In this document: one piece after another, positions 60,677 through 64,000 of the stretch
Layout of the letters: each line of letters starts with the position of its first letter
How positions within the stretch are numbered: position 1 is the first letter of the stretch
Assembly (NCBI GenBank): GCA_963575745.1
Contig: CAUYUJ010000336.1
Span: 248,001 to 312,000, forward strand
Origin: Prorocentrum cordatum
Lineage: Eukaryota
DNA: 64,000 nucleotides
Direction: 5' to 3'
Made by a program: the position numbers and the translations under genes
Notes under the pieces: model-generated
The model's database searches: none
What the model saw: the letters and a program-made list of their open reading frames with translations, nothing else
What the model was told of the DNA's origin: nothing

Positions 60677-62451
60677 CTAACACCTTATCTTCCCCATTTT
60701 GCCGTTTGGGCACAAGGTGTCGCGTCCAGCATGATAACGATCACTCCGCCCGCCGGGACATCCGCCAGTGCACCTGCAGACAGGGGATGTGGCCAAGAGA
60801 CGACTAACTATCTTGAGGCACCGGATCAGGACTCGGGCGACGACGACATTCGGCGGCGAGCCTAGGGGGGAATGCAGAGAGGGCGGGCGTTCTCAGAAGT
60901 CTCGGAAGGTCTCGGTCTTTCTGAGAAGCTTTCTAAGCCGTCTCCGAAGACAAAAACGGCTTCTCAGAAAGCCGGAGGGCCTCTCAGATACCCCGCCGCC
61001 TTCTGAGAAGGCTTGCCCCCGCTCGTTTCCGCCCAGGGTGTGCCGCCGAGACATAAGGCGCCGCATCTCCGTTGGCGGTACGATCCGGCACAACGTGTCA
61101 ACGGCGAACTTGCTTGACGACGCGCAGCTGGCCGAGCTGCAGCAGTGGGCGTCCCAGCAGGAGGGGCCCTGGAGCGAGGACCTCCGGGCGTTCCCAGGCA
61201 CCGTGGCCAGCGGTCCATCCGCACGAGGGGCTATCGCAGATGCCGAGGACCGGCGGTTCACTGCCCAAACATAGATTTCCAGAGCTCCTCGTCGGATCCC
61301 CCTCCCTGGCGCGTCGAGCGCGCCAGGGGCGGCGCCCGAGGCGCCGCCAGGGGGCCCAGCGCAGATCCGAGAAATCCGCGCGGAGTTCCGAAGGTTTGTG
61401 TTTAGGCAGTTGTTTGCTCTTTTGTCAAAAGTGGAGGGGGAGGGGGAGGCGAAGGGGGGATGGAGAGGGGGAGGGATGAGGAGAGGGAGACGGAGCGGTC
61501 GCGGGAGCTGCAGGCGATAGGAGTGTGGTGTGAGGAGGCATGAGGGGGATGGAGGGAGGAAGGGAGGGACAGGGAGGGACAGAGGGGTGCAGATTTGGGA
61601 CGGGGCGGGGGAAGGTGTGCGGGAAGCAGGGGGATGCCGAAAGGTATCGGGAGGCAGAGGCAGGGAGTGGGGGGAGGATCAGCGAGGCGCGCTCGCGCCG
61701 TATCTGACATCCTTCCCCTCCCCCTGTGCCTCCCAAGTGCGTTGACTTCTGTCTATCCGCCGACGGGTGTCATGGCAATCGTTTTGTGCGCAAGCACCGA
61801 AACGAGTTATGCACATGCATGGAGGAGGAGGAGGAGGTGCCTAATGAGCAGGAGGATGAGCAGTGGGACGAGCAGCAGGAAGAGGGAGGGGGATTTGGAA
61901 GGCGGAGGAGAAAGAGGAGGAGGAGAAGCAACAGCAGCAGCAGGAGTAGGAGAAGCGGGAGGAGCAGGAGGACAATGGACAGGCGGAGGAGGGAACAGGA
62001 GGGGGCGACCACGACGAGGACGGATTGGGATCCAGAAGTGTTGCCCGCGCTCGGTCGAGAGTGCCACTCTTACGACGAGAGCTGATCACCGATCCTGATT
62101 TGCCGCCAGCGCTTCAGTGCGAACACCACACAACATCACAAGCGTTCCGACCTACATCTGATCCACTGTTGACATCTTGTGCGCTACATGACAATAAGCG
62201 GGGCAAACGGGTCCCCGTTCGCACAGAATCTCGGGGGAGAGGGGAGAGTAGTACTCATATGGACTATTTGTGGAGGTAGGACATGGTTGGCGCCATCGGG
62301 ATTCTCGCGATGCGTTTCCCCCCCAACTCCAGCCAACCTGCATCCCCTCCTGGATTTACCGGATAAAGACTTCCTTGGGCTCCACGAAAGGAAGAGGGGT
62401 GAGGGAGGAAGAGGAGGGATGTTGGAGGAGAACGGAGGCCGCCGCCCACAG

Positions 62452-62545
62452 GAACCGTACCGGCCGGTGCTGTCGGGGTACGCGTGCGAGCTCTTCCGCA
62501 ACGAGTACCTGGCTTGGTGCGGTGCGGTGCAGCTCGCGGAGACCG
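62452..62545 (+). CDS. Possible isolated exon of an unidentified host gene
   Basis: CACAG acceptor; GC3-rich EPYRPVLSGYACELFRNEYLAW.. between purine-rich flanks. No partner exon was identified. Confidence 0.25.
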
Positions 62546-64000
62546 GGGGAGCGCTCGAGCGGGGACGCATCCAAGGGAGGGCGGGGGAGGGAGGAGGGGC
62601 GAGGAGGGCGAAGGGGGGGGATGGGGGGGAGGGGATGTGAGAGATCGGGCGTACCAGAAAGTAAGGTTTCAAGTGGCTGCGACGGGCTGGGGGTGACTGT
62701 GCTCCTCTCCTGTCTCCTCCGCGTCGTCCTTCTCCGCAGCCCATTTGGGGTCAAGTTTTCTCCAGGGCCTCAAATGGCCCTGGTGCTGGCCCGGAGGCGC
62801 AAAGCGCGCGCCGGCGCCCCGCCGTGCTGCTCGCGGCAGAGTAGCGGGCTCGCAGGCCGAAGTTGCGACCCAAATGCCCGGGTCCGCCTTTGGGGGCTCC
62901 TGTGGCTTACGGGCAAAAGGAGGGCGCGGAGGCGCCGGCGCCTGGCGGCGGAGCAGCGCCTAGTGCAACGTTGGTTCAGATGTCAGCGAGTTGCGCCCCG
63001 AGTGCTGTGACAGCGCCGAGCAGACTTGCTGGGCTGAGAAGGACAGGATCGCGGCATGACGCTGCCCATGACCCTGGGTGCTCCGGCAACTGCAGGGATC
63101 GGGCGTTGGGTTTAGCCAGCGGTCCCACAGGCGTGGGACGAGTACGAACGCTTCTGCTTGTGCGAAATGGCGCGCGGTCTAGCCGGAGGCGCCGACGAGT
63201 TGGACGGGAGCGCCGCGGAGCTGCTGGCCCCGACCCGCCGGCAGGGCGGGAGGCCGGCGGCCGCGGAGCCCCCTTCGGGAGGTTCCCAGCGACCCTGGGC
63301 GGCCAATCGCGGGTGAAGGCAGGACACCGCCCAAGCCACTCCTGGAGAAACTATCGGGCGGCAAGGGCCGGGTTGGCCTGCTACCTCAACGGCGCGAGGA
63401 CGAGGTGGCCGCGCCAGAGGACTGGACGTCAGTGGTCGAGGAGGCTGCGGCGCCAAAGGGGGGCGGTCACGCGCGACGCCGCGATGGGCACCGCCCACCT
63501 CCGCCGCCGCATGGGCCAGAGGAGGAGGCAGGCGGGTCCGAGGAGAGCTGGTGGGGCTTGCAATATGTGCGCTACACCGTCATCGGCAGTTGGCTCGGCG
63601 GCTACCATGGCGATTGGGATACCGACGGGCGGTGACGCATCTGGGCGGGAGGCGGAGGCCTCATCCGAGGAGCGATCGCCACGGTTGGGAATATTGCCTT
63701 CGGGGAGTACTGGCCTTACGTGCCCGGTGGTATTTTACTTGTGCTGGGGGTGGCCAGGAGGGGGACTGCACTTGATGATCACAGCCTCGGGCTACTTGGT
63801 CGTGAAGTCTCTTGGATGTCCCTATCCCCGCTGATGTCGCTGTTCGGCTTCTGCCGACAAGGCATTCCACGCGCAGCTGCGCGCGCGCGATGCTAAGAGC
63901 GAGGCGCGCCATCTGGCCATTGAGGTCGGCGACGCATCAACACGCTAGGAACGCCCGCCCCTGAAGGCGGGGATGAAGCCCCAACGGTCGGGGCGCTCGC

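Noticed and set aside
1..64000. rRNA, tRNA or prokaryotic operon and defence systems
   Set aside because: None recognised by eye; the MTase, recombinase and RT motifs are explained by eukaryotic retroelements. A covariance-model scan was not run.

Overview
GC-rich, repeat-dense eukaryotic DNA, very probably dinoflagellate. It carries three copies of the dinoflagellate spliced leader (DinoSL, DCCGTAGCCATTTTGGCTCAAG), and several inferred introns use GC or GA donors. The species cannot be fixed from sequence alone, and most long ORFs in the supplied track are GC or low-complexity artefacts. The one clear host gene is a + strand single-domain 6TM voltage-gated cation channel. It has an S4 helix, a TLDDW pore, S6, EF-hands and a coiled coil, spread over about 9 small exons from ~8.3 to ~44.9 kb with introns of 8-13 kb. 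Its S1-S3 exons were not found. The rest is mostly mobile DNA: (1) a decayed DIRS-type tyrosine-recombinase retrotransposon with a DNMT3-like methyltransferase inside its RNase H (2.1-6.0 kb); (2) a full-length APE-type LINE (- strand, 14.3-20.9 kb) that starts exactly with an intact DinoSL and sits in the RNase H domain of an older LINE; (3) two more SL-headed decayed retro-copies; (4) a decayed CRE-like RLE retrotransposon; (5) an antisense PAM2+WW ORF; (6) two MITEs; (7) a possible RdRp-like relic near 60.3-60.7 kb; (8) many mini- and microsatellites. All coordinates were read by eye, and no database search was run.
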